A model generated the notes under the pieces. It ran no database searches. It saw only the letters and a list, made by a program, of their open reading frames with translations, and was not told where the DNA came from. DNA of 63,478 nt, the filler included, from an uncultured Methanosarcinales archaeon (GTDB lineage: Archaea > Nanobdellota > Nanobdellia > Woesearchaeales > GW2011-AR9): the NCBI GenBank assembly GCA_964434885.1. It is 3 parts of 3 records of this genome, joined end to end, with 100 filler letters (N's around TTAATTAATTAA, not from the genome) between each part and the next. Parts side by side here need not be neighbours in the genome. Positions count along the whole stretch, not along the records: positions 13,713 to 40,589 come from CAYSWQ010000008.1; 2 more parts are not named here. One strand, 5' to 3'. The stretch's first letter is position 1. The number at the start of each line of letters is the position of its first letter. Below are positions 28,887 to 37,743 of the stretch, one piece after another. The translations under genes were made by a program, and so were the position numbers.

Positions 28887-30170
28887 ATGAAAATACAAAT
28901 TGCTAAAGGTGTACAAGATATTCCTCCGGAAGAGAAGATTGTTAAGAATCAAGTAGTTGATACATTAAGAGAGATCTTTGAATTATATGGGTTTGCACCT
29001 TTGGAGACTCCTATTTTAGAACGTTATGAGAATTTAGCGGCCAAGTTTGCTGCAGGGGAAGCTTCTGATGCTTTGAAAGAAACATTTGGTTTAAAAGACC
29101 AAGGCAAAAGAAAGCTAGGATTGCGGTTTGATTTAACGGTTCCTTTATCTAGATATGTGGCCATGAATCCAATGCTAAAAATGCCTTTTAAGAGGTATGA
29201 ATTAGGGGTGGTTTTTAGAGATGGTCCAATTAAAATTGGTAGATATCGACAATTTACTCAGATGGACATTGATACCATTGGAACTAAATCTATGTTGGCA
29301 GACGCTGAAATCATGGCTGCAGTTCAAGAAGTATTTAATAAATTGAAATTAGATATTGTTATTAAGTATAATAATCGTAAATTGTTAAATGGGATTTTGG
29401 AACAAGCAGGAATTAAGAAGAAAGAAGAAGCAATTATTTCTATTGATAAGTTAGATAAAATTGGAAAAGAAGGAGTAACTAAAGAATTAGTGGGGAGAGG
29501 TTATAGTAAAAAACAAACTGATTTGGTTTTTTCTTTGATTTCTAATAATACCACTTTGAAACAACTTCAAAATAAAATTACAAGTGAAGAAGGTAAAGAA
29601 GGATTGGCAGAATTAGAAGAACTTTCTAATTATCTTCGAGAGATGAAAGTTACTAAAGCAAAATTTGATATTTCTTTAGCTAGAGGTTTAGCGTATTATA
29701 CGGGAACTGCTTTCGAAGTCTTTTTGAAGAAAGGTAAAGTCACATCTTCATTAGCAGGTGGAGGAAGATATGATGAGATGATTGGTGGTTTCTTAGGTGG
29801 GGGAAGAGAAGTTCCTGCTGTTGGGATCTCATTTGGAGTGGCTACAGTAATGGATGCCTTGAAAGAGAAGGAAAAATTTACTCAGAAAACTCCTGCTCAA
29901 GTGTTTGTTATTCCAATTAAAACTGTAAAAGAATCATTGGGAATTGTACAGCAGTTGAGGGAAAGTAAAATTAATTGTAGTTTTGATTTAACAGGAAAAG
30001 GAATTAGTAAAAATTTACAATATGCTTCTACTTTAGGAATCCCTTATGTTTTGTTTGTAGGAGAAAGAGAATTGGAAAAGGGAAAAGTAAAGTTGAGAGA
30101 TATGGAAACTGGTGATGAATGGTTGTTAAGTGTGAAGAAAGTTGTGGAGAAGTTAAATGGTTCACGATAG
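28887..30170 (+). CDS. hisS: Histidine--tRNA ligase
   Basis: LRFDLTVPL, GRYRQFTQ, LARGLAYYTG, GGGRYD. Confidence 0.97.
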   Translation: MKIQIAKGVQDIPPEEKIVKNQVVDTLREIFELYGFAPLETPILERYENLAAKFAAGEASDALKETFGLKDQGKRKLGLRFDLTVPLSRYVAMNPMLKMPFKRYELGVVFRDGPIKIGRYRQFTQMDIDTIGTKSMLADAEIMAAVQEVFNKLKLDIVIKYNNRKLLNGILEQAGIKKKEEAIISIDKLDKIGKEGVTKELVGRGYSKKQTDLVFSLISNNTTLKQLQNKITSEEGKEGLAELEELSNYLREMKVTKAKFDISLARGLAYYTGTAFEVFLKKGKVTSSLAGGGRYDEMIGGFLGGGREVPAVGISFGVATVMDALKEKEKFTQKTPAQVFVIPIKTVKESLGIVQQLRESKINCSFDLTGKGISKNLQYASTLGIPYVLFVGERELEKGKVKLRDMETGDEWLLSVKKVVEKLNGSR

Positions 30171-30471
30171 TCATGGGTTACATCATTTTTTAACTAGAAA
30201 AAGAGAATTGAAATGGAAACGAATTTTTGATAAATTAATTTATGTGGTTGGAGTGATTGGTCCTTTAATGACTTTACCTCAAGTTTTTAAGATTTGGATT
30301 AATCATCAGGTGTCTGGTGTTTCTATCATTAGTTGGGCTGCGTATTTAATCATGGCTTTCTTTTGGGTTATTTATGGATTTATTCACAAAGAAAAACCAA
30401 TTATCTTGACTTATTTGTTATGGGTGTTATTGGATGCCTTGGTTGTGTTAGGAGTTGTTGTTTATGGATAA
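30157..30471 (+). CDS. SemiSWEET/PQ-loop family small transporter
   Basis: Three TMs, LPQVFKI, GVS, W.IYG, KPII. Confidence 0.8.
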   Translation: MVHDSHGLHHFLTRKRELKWKRIFDKLIYVVGVIGPLMTLPQVFKIWINHQVSGVSIISWAAYLIMAFFWVIYGFIHKEKPIILTYLLWVLLDALVVLGVVVYG

Positions 30472-30637
30472 TAAACAAAAACTAAAAATAGTAGGGTATT
30501 TTGTTTTATTCATTTTGTTATTGAATTTGGTTTTGTTTGCTTTCAGAATTATTGGAACAATTACTTTTTGGGGAATTATTATTTTTGGAGCGTTGTTTGT
30601 TTGGAAAGTGTTGCCGTGGTTGAAGAAGTTTAAATGA
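30464..30637 (+). CDS. Small two-TM membrane protein
   Basis: Overlaps the upstream stop; two hydrophobic helices. Confidence 0.7.
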   Translation: MDNKQKLKIVGYFVLFILLLNLVLFAFRIIGTITFWGIIIFGALFVWKVLPWLKKFK

Positions 30638-30638
30638 G

Positions 30639-31262
30639 TTAACTGTATTTCTTACTTGATTCAATAATTCTCAAATATTTTTGCATTTCTGGATTTAAAA
30701 TAGCCAAGATTAAAGGACGGATGGCTCGGTAATAATATTTTAATTCTGTATTAGTTAATGGTTCGTGATTAAATATTTTATTCATGATCCTGATTTTTCC
30801 TGGAGAGAAAATAGTGGCTAATGATTTGTTGGTGTTCAATCTTCCACGAAGGTTAATTTGTTCTTTAAAGAATTCTTCATTTTCTCTTTCTTTTTTCTTA
30901 GTCGAATCTTTAAAAGAGTCATAATAGTAGTTAAATTCATTTTTAGCAATTTTTTTCTTAATTTTATTATGGGAAATTATTTTTTTAATATTCAAGTTGT
31001 CAATATTTTCTAGTTTGGATATTTTTCTAGTGATTAGAATAAGTTTATTGAATTGATTAATTAATTCTTTTCTTTTCTTTAATTTATTTTTTATTTTTTC
31101 ATAATCGAAATCTTGTTGCAATAATAAAGGGATTGCTAAAAGCAACCTTTCATTTTTCTCTTTTAAAATTTCAATGATGATTTCTTCATTAGAATTGTAG
31201 CTAGGAAATTCTAAAGCAAAGCCTTCCTGTTCCAATCTTTTGATTAATTTGGCAGATATCAT
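30639..31262 (-). CDS. Hypothetical protein, partner of adjacent nucleotidyltransferase
   Basis: ATGA-coupled to 31259-31855; C-terminal FSPGK...LTNTELKYYYR. Confidence 0.75.
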   Translation of the reverse strand: MISAKLIKRLEQEGFALEFPSYNSNEEIIIEILKEKNERLLLAIPLLLQQDFDYEKIKNKLKKRKELINQFNKLILITRKISKLENIDNLNIKKIISHNKIKKKIAKNEFNYYYDSFKDSTKKKERENEEFFKEQINLRGRLNTNKSLATIFSPGKIRIMNKIFNHEPLTNTELKYYYRAIRPLILAILNPEMQKYLRIIESSKKYS

Positions 31263-31855
31263 TTTTGTTTGTATTGTTGTTCGAGATATTTGAATTTGAT
31301 GTCATAGTCAGTAATAAGAGATATTTCAGCGTGAGAATAATATCTTTCTTTTAGTTGATTGAAATCTAATTCTTGAGATTTCAGTATGGCTAAAATATCA
31401 ACGATGTCTCTTTCCTCAGAACGAGCAATTTTAGTAATAATAAGATCATACCAATTAAGGATGGATAGTTTTAATTTACCAATAGTTCTTAAATGTTCAG
31501 ACAATTCTTTCCAATCAGTTGGCAGAGAAAAACCTAAAATAAACTCTTGGTAAAAAATATCAATTCTTAGATCATTAAGATACCAAGTATTACAGAGTTG
31601 AGAATTATTTGTTTCTCTTAAACCGGCTAAAGTAAATAATTTTTTTATTTCTTGATAAGAAGCAGTTGTTAAGAAATCAATATCTTTAGTTGCTTCTTTA
31701 ATATTTTTTAAAACCATGGCAGTGCCACCTAGAGCAAAGAATTCTATTTTTGTGTCTAGGTCAGCCAACAATTGCAAAAAACTTTCTAAGTCTTTTTGTC
31801 CAGTACTAATTTTGTTTTTAAATTTATTTTCATACATTTTAATACACTTTTTCAT
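31259..31855 (-). CDS. Nucleotidyltransferase (DUF6036/AbiEii-like)
   Basis: LGGTAM...TKDIDF, RIDIF, DLIITKIAR..ERDIVD. Confidence 0.8.
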   Translation of the reverse strand: MKKCIKMYENKFKNKISTGQKDLESFLQLLADLDTKIEFFALGGTAMVLKNIKEATKDIDFLTTASYQEIKKLFTLAGLRETNNSQLCNTWYLNDLRIDIFYQEFILGFSLPTDWKELSEHLRTIGKLKLSILNWYDLIITKIARSEERDIVDILAILKSQELDFNQLKERYYSHAEISLITDYDIKFKYLEQQYKQK

Positions 31856-32010
31856 ATATATTTGTATGAATTTATAAATGTTTCGATGTTAAATAAAAAC
31901 TAGAATATTATTTAGCTCAATCTTTGTTTGGAAAGTGTTATCTTGGTTCGCGTTTTTAATAGTAAATAGAATACACTTTCTATTTTTTATGAAAGAGAAG
32001 TTTAAATAAA

Positions 32011-32904
32011 TTAATCAACTAACTTAGTAATAAAAACATTATCTTCTCCTACAATTACAGAATGTTCAGCTTGAGAAATAATTCCTCGATTTTGATCTAC
32101 CAAAGGAGGATGTTGTTTTAGAGAATCATTTCTGATTAAAGTTCTTAGAGCGAAATTAGTTTTTGGAGTAGTGAACTTTCTTTCTAACCAGCGTTTGGCA
32201 AAAGGTAAGCCTTTGTATTTTTTGATTTCTTGTAAAATACTTCTTGTGATAGGATCTCTTACTGGTCGATCATCAACTAAAGTAAATACTGTTGCTGGTG
32301 AACTTTCTTGGACGATTCCTGCACCAGTAGAAGCGAAAGGTTCAATGGCAATTACTTGTCCTTCTTCTAATTCTGTATTGTTATTATTATTGAAATTAGG
32401 GATTGAAGGATAAGTATGGATATTATATTCTCCTAGGCCATGTCCGGAAAGATTTTTTACAGGAGCATAATTGTAAGAAGTAATTACGTCGTGAATTTCT
32501 TTTCCAATTTCACTTAAGGTTGTACCAGGACCAACAACTTTTAATGCTGCTGCTAATGCTTCTTTTGATGCTTTTACTAAGTCGGTGTATTTTCCTGAGA
32601 GGTCAACCGTTAGAGCATTATCTCCAATAAAACCATCGACATGAACTCCGACATCTAATTTGATTACTTGATCATTTAGAATGGTTTGATCATTGATATC
32701 TGAACAAGAATGGGCAGCAAATTCATTTAATGAGATTTGTGCTGGAAAAGCAGGTTGTCCTCCTAGTTCTGTGATTTTATTTTCTACCTTGTCGAGAATA
32801 TTGATTACTTTAGCTTCTGGTTTGATTAAGGATTTTCCAAATTGTAATGCTTCAGCAGCAATCTTTCCTGCTTGTAAATATTTTTGTAAGGTTTCGTCAT
32901 CCAT
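32011..32904 (-). CDS. map: Methionine aminopeptidase type II
   Basis: PAFP, AAH, DVGVHVDGFIGD, NLSGH, AIEPF, QAEHS. Confidence 0.96.
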   Translation of the reverse strand: MDDETLQKYLQAGKIAAEALQFGKSLIKPEAKVINILDKVENKITELGGQPAFPAQISLNEFAAHSCSDINDQTILNDQVIKLDVGVHVDGFIGDNALTVDLSGKYTDLVKASKEALAAALKVVGPGTTLSEIGKEIHDVITSYNYAPVKNLSGHGLGEYNIHTYPSIPNFNNNNNTELEEGQVIAIEPFASTGAGIVQESSPATVFTLVDDRPVRDPITRSILQEIKKYKGLPFAKRWLERKFTTPKTNFALRTLIRNDSLKQHPPLVDQNRGIISQAEHSVIVGEDNVFITKLVD

Positions 32905-33009
32905 GTTTCTTGGAATATTGTAAGTGTTTTAAAGTTTTTGGAAAGTTTTTGAGTTATATTTCTACTTTCATAGCAAATTTTATATAATCTCCGAACTTTC
33001 TTTTTTTTT

Positions 33010-33474
33010 ATGAGAAAAAGAGGAATGGCACCTTTAGTAGCAACTTTGTTGTTGATTTCTTTTGCAGTAGCTGTGGGTGTAGTGATTATGAATTTTGCTG
33101 GAGCGCAAGTGGAACAAGGGGCGCAATGTACTATTAATGTTGGATTGAAGTTTTCTAAGATTGGAGGAGAAGAACAATTTTGTTTTAATTCTGCTCAAAA
33201 TCAACTTTTTTTCACTTTGGAAAATGGAGTAAACATTAAAGTAGAAGGTTTAGTAATTAATATTATTGGAACGCAGAATGTTTTAAGTTATAATTTAGAT
33301 GATGCTAAAATTGAAAAAGCAGGAACTTATTTGAAAACTGTACCTTATGATCCAACTCAATTAGGTAAATTAAGGCAGATTAAAATTGTTCCTAAGGTAA
33401 AGATGTATGAAGAAGAATTAGTTTGTCAGGAGAAAGCAATTATTCTGGAGAAAGTCAGGGATTGTGTGGTTTAA
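33010..33474 (+). CDS. Archaeal type IV pilin-like protein (class III signal peptide)
   Basis: MRKRG/MAPLVATLLLISFAVAVG prepilin N-terminus. Confidence 0.85.
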   Translation: MRKRGMAPLVATLLLISFAVAVGVVIMNFAGAQVEQGAQCTINVGLKFSKIGGEEQFCFNSAQNQLFFTLENGVNIKVEGLVINIIGTQNVLSYNLDDAKIEKAGTYLKTVPYDPTQLGKLRQIKIVPKVKMYEEELVCQEKAIILEKVRDCVV

Positions 33475-33658
33475 GATAATCTGTTTTTTGGAGATAAGCG
33501 CGAGCCTTTTTTTTAAAATTATTACCAAACATATTTCTGAAGAGAGAAGAACTTCCTTTTAATTGAGATTCAATTAATATTTTTTGTTGTTTGAATAATT
33601 GATTATTTAATTTTAATTTCTGGGCGTACAATACTACATAATCTATTTCATTTTTCAT
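33455..33658 (-). CDS. Small hypothetical protein coupled to nucleotidyltransferase
   Basis: Start overlaps the end of the upstream gene; 67 aa. Confidence 0.65.
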   Translation of the reverse strand: MKNEIDYVVLYAQKLKLNNQLFKQQKILIESQLKGSSSLFRNMFGNNFKKKARAYLQKTDYLKPHNP

Positions 33659-34247
33659 TTTTTTCAAGCATGATAACAGGAAGATATTCTTTAAATTTTT
33701 CTTCTGTAATTAACTCTGAGAAAAAAGTTCTCAGGTGCTTAGCATCAGCCAAATCCTTCTCTCCTCCTAAAATTATTTCTTTGTACAATATCTCAAATTC
33801 AATTGGTGGAATTTTGAATTCAAAATCTTGAATTTTTATTTTTTGTGGATGGTTAAATTCAAAAAACTTTGCTTTTTTAGTTTCATCAAAGGGAATAAAT
33901 TCCATATTTGGGAACATTTCGTTAACTCTTGCAAATCTAATACTCATTAAATCCATCAAATAAGGGTAAATTTCATCAATAGTATCTCCTTGATAACACC
34001 AAAATTCTTTTTCATACAATTCCTGAAATAACTTATTAAATCTATCTTCATTCATTACTGGAACAATCAAATCAATATCTTCCGTTCCTCTTGTTCTTCC
34101 GGTAGCAATACTAACAAATCCACTGACAATTAAGTAATCTGAATGCTTTTTTAATACATCTAAAAAATCTTTTACAAATTGATCTAATTTTGTTAAATCC
34201 CGATTTATAATAATAACATCATTATCAATAGAATATCCTTTCTGCAT
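33648..34247 (-). CDS. Nucleotidyltransferase-fold protein
   Basis: VSGFV...GRTRGTEDID, ILYKE...EKDLADA. Start chosen by TATA spacing; 34265 is the alternative. Confidence 0.75.
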   Translation of the reverse strand: MQKGYSIDNDVIIINRDLTKLDQFVKDFLDVLKKHSDYLIVSGFVSIATGRTRGTEDIDLIVPVMNEDRFNKLFQELYEKEFWCYQGDTIDEIYPYLMDLMSIRFARVNEMFPNMEFIPFDETKKAKFFEFNHPQKIKIQDFEFKIPPIEFEILYKEIILGGEKDLADAKHLRTFFSELITEEKFKEYLPVIMLEKNEK

Positions 34248-34344
34248 TTTAATTGTAATAAGCATTAAATTATTTAAAATTATCTACTTATTTTCGGATT
34301 GGTTTAATAGTTACCTTTTTAATAATTGAATTCTTTCTAGGTTT

Positions 34345-35124
34345 ATGGAAGTAGAAATTGAACTAAATAAATCGGTGGAAGAGAATGCAGGGATTTATTT
34401 TGATAAAGCTAAGAAAGCTAAGAAAAAGTTGAAAGGGGCAGAGGAAGCTTTAGAGAAAAGTAAGAAAAAATTGTTGAAGTTGGAACAAGAAGAAGATAAG
34501 TTTCGAGCAGAGGAAGAAAAGAAAGAAATTAAGAAAGCAAGAAAAAGAGAATGGTATGAGAAATTTCATTGGTTTATTTCTTCAGAAGGTTTTCTTTGTA
34601 TTGGGGGAAAAGACGCTACTTCTAATGAAATTATAATTAAAAAACATACAGAAAAGAACGATTTAGTTTTTCACACTGAAGCTCCAGGAAGTCCATTTTT
34701 TGTAATCAAAAATGGAGTTGAAGCTGGCGAAGATACAAAGAAAGAAGTAGCACAGGCAACAGCAATTTATTCAAAAGCATGGAAGAGAGGATTAGGTTCA
34801 GCAGAAGTCTATTCAATTGCTCCAGAACAAGTTAGTAAGAAAGCTCAATCTGGAGAGTACTTAGCTAAAGGAAGTTTTATGATTTATGGCAAGAGGGAAT
34901 ATTATCGACCACAAATGAAGTATTGTATTGGCTTGGTAGGGGATGAAACAATTTCTGGCCCTAAGTCTGCAGTAGAAAAGAAGACTAAGAATTTTGTTGT
35001 GGTAGTGATTGGGAAATTTAAGAAAAGTGATTTAGCTAAGAAAATAAAACACAAACTTAAAGGTGGAGATTTAGATGATATTGTTAAATTTTTACCTACT
35101 GGTGGAGCCGAGATAAAAAAATAA
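34345..35124 (+). CDS. NFACT RNA-binding (DUF814) domain protein, short Rqc2/FbpA homolog
   Basis: SVEENA..YF.KAKK, WYEKFHWFISSEG, GGKDATSNE, GEYLAKGSFMIYGKR. Confidence 0.88.
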   Translation: MEVEIELNKSVEENAGIYFDKAKKAKKKLKGAEEALEKSKKKLLKLEQEEDKFRAEEEKKEIKKARKREWYEKFHWFISSEGFLCIGGKDATSNEIIIKKHTEKNDLVFHTEAPGSPFFVIKNGVEAGEDTKKEVAQATAIYSKAWKRGLGSAEVYSIAPEQVSKKAQSGEYLAKGSFMIYGKREYYRPQMKYCIGLVGDETISGPKSAVEKKTKNFVVVVIGKFKKSDLAKKIKHKLKGGDLDDIVKFLPTGGAEIKK

Positions 35125-35631
35125 TTATACTTCTTTCTGTTTTGTGAATTTTCCAGAATATTTAGCTTTGCCTTTTGTTTTTTCAAAAATAAATTGACAT
35201 ATTTTTGTTCCGGCATGAATTCTTAGTGGTCTGTTACTAAGATTGGCTATTTCCAATACTTGTTGATTTTCGATTCCAGGTTGCATAAAACTAGCTGTAA
35301 TATGGACCATTAATCCTAATCTGGCAAATCTACTTCTTCCTTGTAACCAACCACAGAGATTATCACTTAATTTTATTTTTTCTTTAGTTATGCCGAGAAT
35401 TACTTCACCATGTTTAACTATAATTGATTCTTTCTTGACTAATTTAGTTATTTTTTTGTAATCTGCTTTTGGATTTACATCATAAGTTTTACCTTTGACA
35501 AAAATTCTAAATTGGTTATCTAAAGTTAGATCCACAGAACCGGGGCCGATAGCAGATTTATCTAATGGGGTAATTTTAATATTCTTTTTTTTGATTTCTT
35601 TTAAAATTTCTTTTTTGGTTAGAATGGTCAT
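35125..35631 (-). CDS. dcd: dCTP deaminase
   Basis: SVDLTL, GRSRFARLGL, QPG, LEIAN, KICQ. Confidence 0.9.
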   Translation of the reverse strand: MTILTKKEILKEIKKKNIKITPLDKSAIGPGSVDLTLDNQFRIFVKGKTYDVNPKADYKKITKLVKKESIIVKHGEVILGITKEKIKLSDNLCGWLQGRSRFARLGLMVHITASFMQPGIENQQVLEIANLSNRPLRIHAGTKICQFIFEKTKGKAKYSGKFTKQKEV

Positions 35632-36305
35632 CCAATTATACTTCCAATAAATTCTTTTCCTTCTAATAATTTTTTTAGATTACTTAGTTTTCTACCATTA
35701 ACAATGGCTACTTCCATTTGATTTTTCATTGCTATTTTACTAGCTACTGGATCAAAAGGAGCATGCATTCCTGGTAAAAATTCTCCACCAATAATTCTTT
35801 TGAATTCTGGCCAAGTTAATTCTTTAATTGCTTGAGCAGTTTTGTATTTTCTAGGGTCTTTGTCATAGACATAATCTGTGTTTGTGGTGTTGATAATTAA
35901 TTTAGCTTTGAATTGTTTGGCTAAGATGACAGCATCTGTATCTGTAGAGCAACCAGGTTCGAAACCAGCAGCAATTATAATCTTTTTTCTAGTTCTTATT
36001 TTTTCGTGAGGATTATAGATTACTTTATCATAAGCATGTTCTTTAAACATTACGCGGACTAATTCAGCGTTTAATCTAGTGGCCATAATTCCGATCCAAT
36101 CTTTGTCAATATTATTGGGCGTGGTTAATTTATTGGAGGCTTGTTGGTATTTTCGACAAGTACTTCCACCTCCACAAACCAAGACAAACCTTTCTCCTTT
36201 TTTGACAAGGTTTAGAATTAATTTTTTTAATTTTTTAAGAAAAGGAATATCAATTTGATCAGGAACAATAATTGATCCTCCCAAAGAGATAATGGTCGTT
36301 TTCAT
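35628..36305 (-). CDS. pyrH: UMP kinase (archaeal type)
   Basis: SLGGS, GGG, DWIGIMATRLNA, PGCSTD, VYDKDP, PFDP. Confidence 0.95.
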   Translation of the reverse strand: MKTTIISLGGSIIVPDQIDIPFLKKLKKLILNLVKKGERFVLVCGGGSTCRKYQQASNKLTTPNNIDKDWIGIMATRLNAELVRVMFKEHAYDKVIYNPHEKIRTRKKIIIAAGFEPGCSTDTDAVILAKQFKAKLIINTTNTDYVYDKDPRKYKTAQAIKELTWPEFKRIIGGEFLPGMHAPFDPVASKIAMKNQMEVAIVNGRKLSNLKKLLEGKEFIGSIIG

Positions 36306-36359
36306 ATTAAATATTGATTACTAGTAGTTTATAAATGTTTTTTTGTACTGGTTAGGAGT

Positions 36360-36473
36360 TCAATTCGCTTGAATAATCATCCGAGCCAACCAATTTGATT
36401 TTTCTGTTGGCCAATGGGGGTGTTTCTCCCGAATTTTTTGTTCCAATTCAGCTATTTTTTTTCTATCTTCCAT
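36360..36473 (-). CDS. Putative 37-aa protein, not in the ORF track
   Basis: MEDRKKIAELEQKIREKHPHWPTEKSNWLARMIIQAN; ATG lies 2 nt after the upstream gene's stop. Confidence 0.55.
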   Translation of the reverse strand: MEDRKKIAELEQKIREKHPHWPTEKSNWLARMIIQAN

Positions 36474-36474
36474 T

Positions 36475-36660
36475 TTAATTATAAAAATCTTTTAGTTCAC
36501 TTTCGTAGCAGCAACCGCACCATTTTCCAGTTGGTTCTTTAACTTCTAATTTTGTTTTTAAGTTGTTGAATATTGTCTGGTTTTTTGGTTCTGGTTTTTG
36601 TTTACCTAATACTTTTTTGATATACATTATTTCTGTTTTTTCTAGAGTTACTTTTGTCAT
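36475..36660 (-). CDS. Small hypothetical protein with WCGCC motif
   Basis: 61 aa; GGGAGG SD upstream. Confidence 0.7.
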   Translation of the reverse strand: MTKVTLEKTEIMYIKKVLGKQKPEPKNQTIFNNLKTKLEVKEPTGKWCGCCYESELKDFYN

Positions 36661-36737
36661 TTTTTGTCCTCCCTATTTTGTTTTTTTGAGTAGTTTGTGT
36701 GGTTTTTGTTTTGAGACATAGTTTAGTTTATTATAAT

Positions 36738-36758
36738 TTGTTGTAGAAAACACAACAA
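36738..36758. promoter_or_regulatory. Inverted repeat, putative TrmB-family operator
   Basis: TTGTTGT-N7-ACAACAA between divergent genes, just upstream of the TATATAAA box of the TrmB gene. Confidence 0.45.
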
Positions 36759-36800
36759 CAAAACAAAAAATATATAAATGCTAAAGTGCTTAGTAATTAA

Positions 36801-37517
36801 ATGGTAAAAATTGAAAGAGTTTTGGAAAATTTAGGTTTTAGTCCTAATGAAATTAAGATTTATTTAGCACTTAATGATCATGGTTCTAGTAAGGCAGGTA
36901 AAGTCGCTAAGATTGCTAAAATTGATCGAAGTAGTTGTTATAATTCATTGCAACGTTTGATTGAAAAAGGTTTAGTCAGTTATGTTTCAATAGGGGAAGT
37001 AAAATGGTTTCAAGCAACTGGACCAAAGAAATTATTAGATTATCTAAAAGAACAAGAAGAAGATGTTAAAGAAATACTTCCTGATTTAGATGCTAGACAT
37101 AAAGCTAGTAAAATTAAAGGTCAAGTTAGGTTGTTTAAAGGGATTAAAGGAGTGAGAACCATTTTACAAGATATTTTGAGAACTGGAAAAAATAATTTAA
37201 TATTTGGAAATGAAAACCAATTGGAAGAAAGGATGCCAGCTTATCAAAAACAATTTGTTCGACAATTAAAAGAACAGAAAATTTTTGTAAAAGAAATTGT
37301 GCGAGAAGATAGAGATAATCCAACTTCTAATCCAAAACAAACAAGATATGTTTCTAAGTCAGTTGAATCTCCAGTGGTTACTAATATTTATGGAGATAAG
37401 ATTGCTTTGATTATTTGGACTGATGAACCAGAAGGGATTGTGATAGAAAACGAAGCAGCTGCTAAAGCTTATCGTAGTTACTTTGAATTTATGTGGAAGC
37501 ATGCTCGGAAGAAGTAG
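36801..37517 (+). CDS. TrmB family transcriptional regulator
   Basis: LGFSPNEIKIYLAL...YNSLQRLIEKGLV wHTH; C-terminal IYGDKIALI...FEFMW. Confidence 0.9.
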   Translation: MVKIERVLENLGFSPNEIKIYLALNDHGSSKAGKVAKIAKIDRSSCYNSLQRLIEKGLVSYVSIGEVKWFQATGPKKLLDYLKEQEEDVKEILPDLDARHKASKIKGQVRLFKGIKGVRTILQDILRTGKNNLIFGNENQLEERMPAYQKQFVRQLKEQKIFVKEIVREDRDNPTSNPKQTRYVSKSVESPVVTNIYGDKIALIIWTDEPEGIVIENEAAAKAYRSYFEFMWKHARKK

Positions 37518-37561
37518 ATTTTAGTAACTTTTTTAAATTATCTTTATTATGGTTCTTTGTT

Positions 37562-37646
37562 GCCCTTGTCGTCTAGTGGATAGGACGCAAGCTTGCGGAA
37601 TGATTGTGAAAAGCTTGTAACCGGGGTTCAAATCCTCGCAAGGGCA
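37562..37646 (+). tRNA. tRNA-Arg(GCG) with a 13-nt canonical (37/38) intron at 37599-37611
   Basis: Acceptor GCCCTTG/CAAGGGC, D arm GTCT..GGAC, anticodon stem CAAGC/GCTTG around TT-GCG-G[AATGATTGTGAAA]A, T arm CGGGG-TTCAAAT-CCTCG; CCA not encoded. Confidence 0.93.
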
Positions 37647-37743
37647 ATTTGTTACTATGGTGTAGTATGTAAACTAAAAATTTATAAAGGAATTTAACTT
37701 TGATTGTAAATGGTGGTTTTCTAAAGGTGTTTTGGATAGGAAT

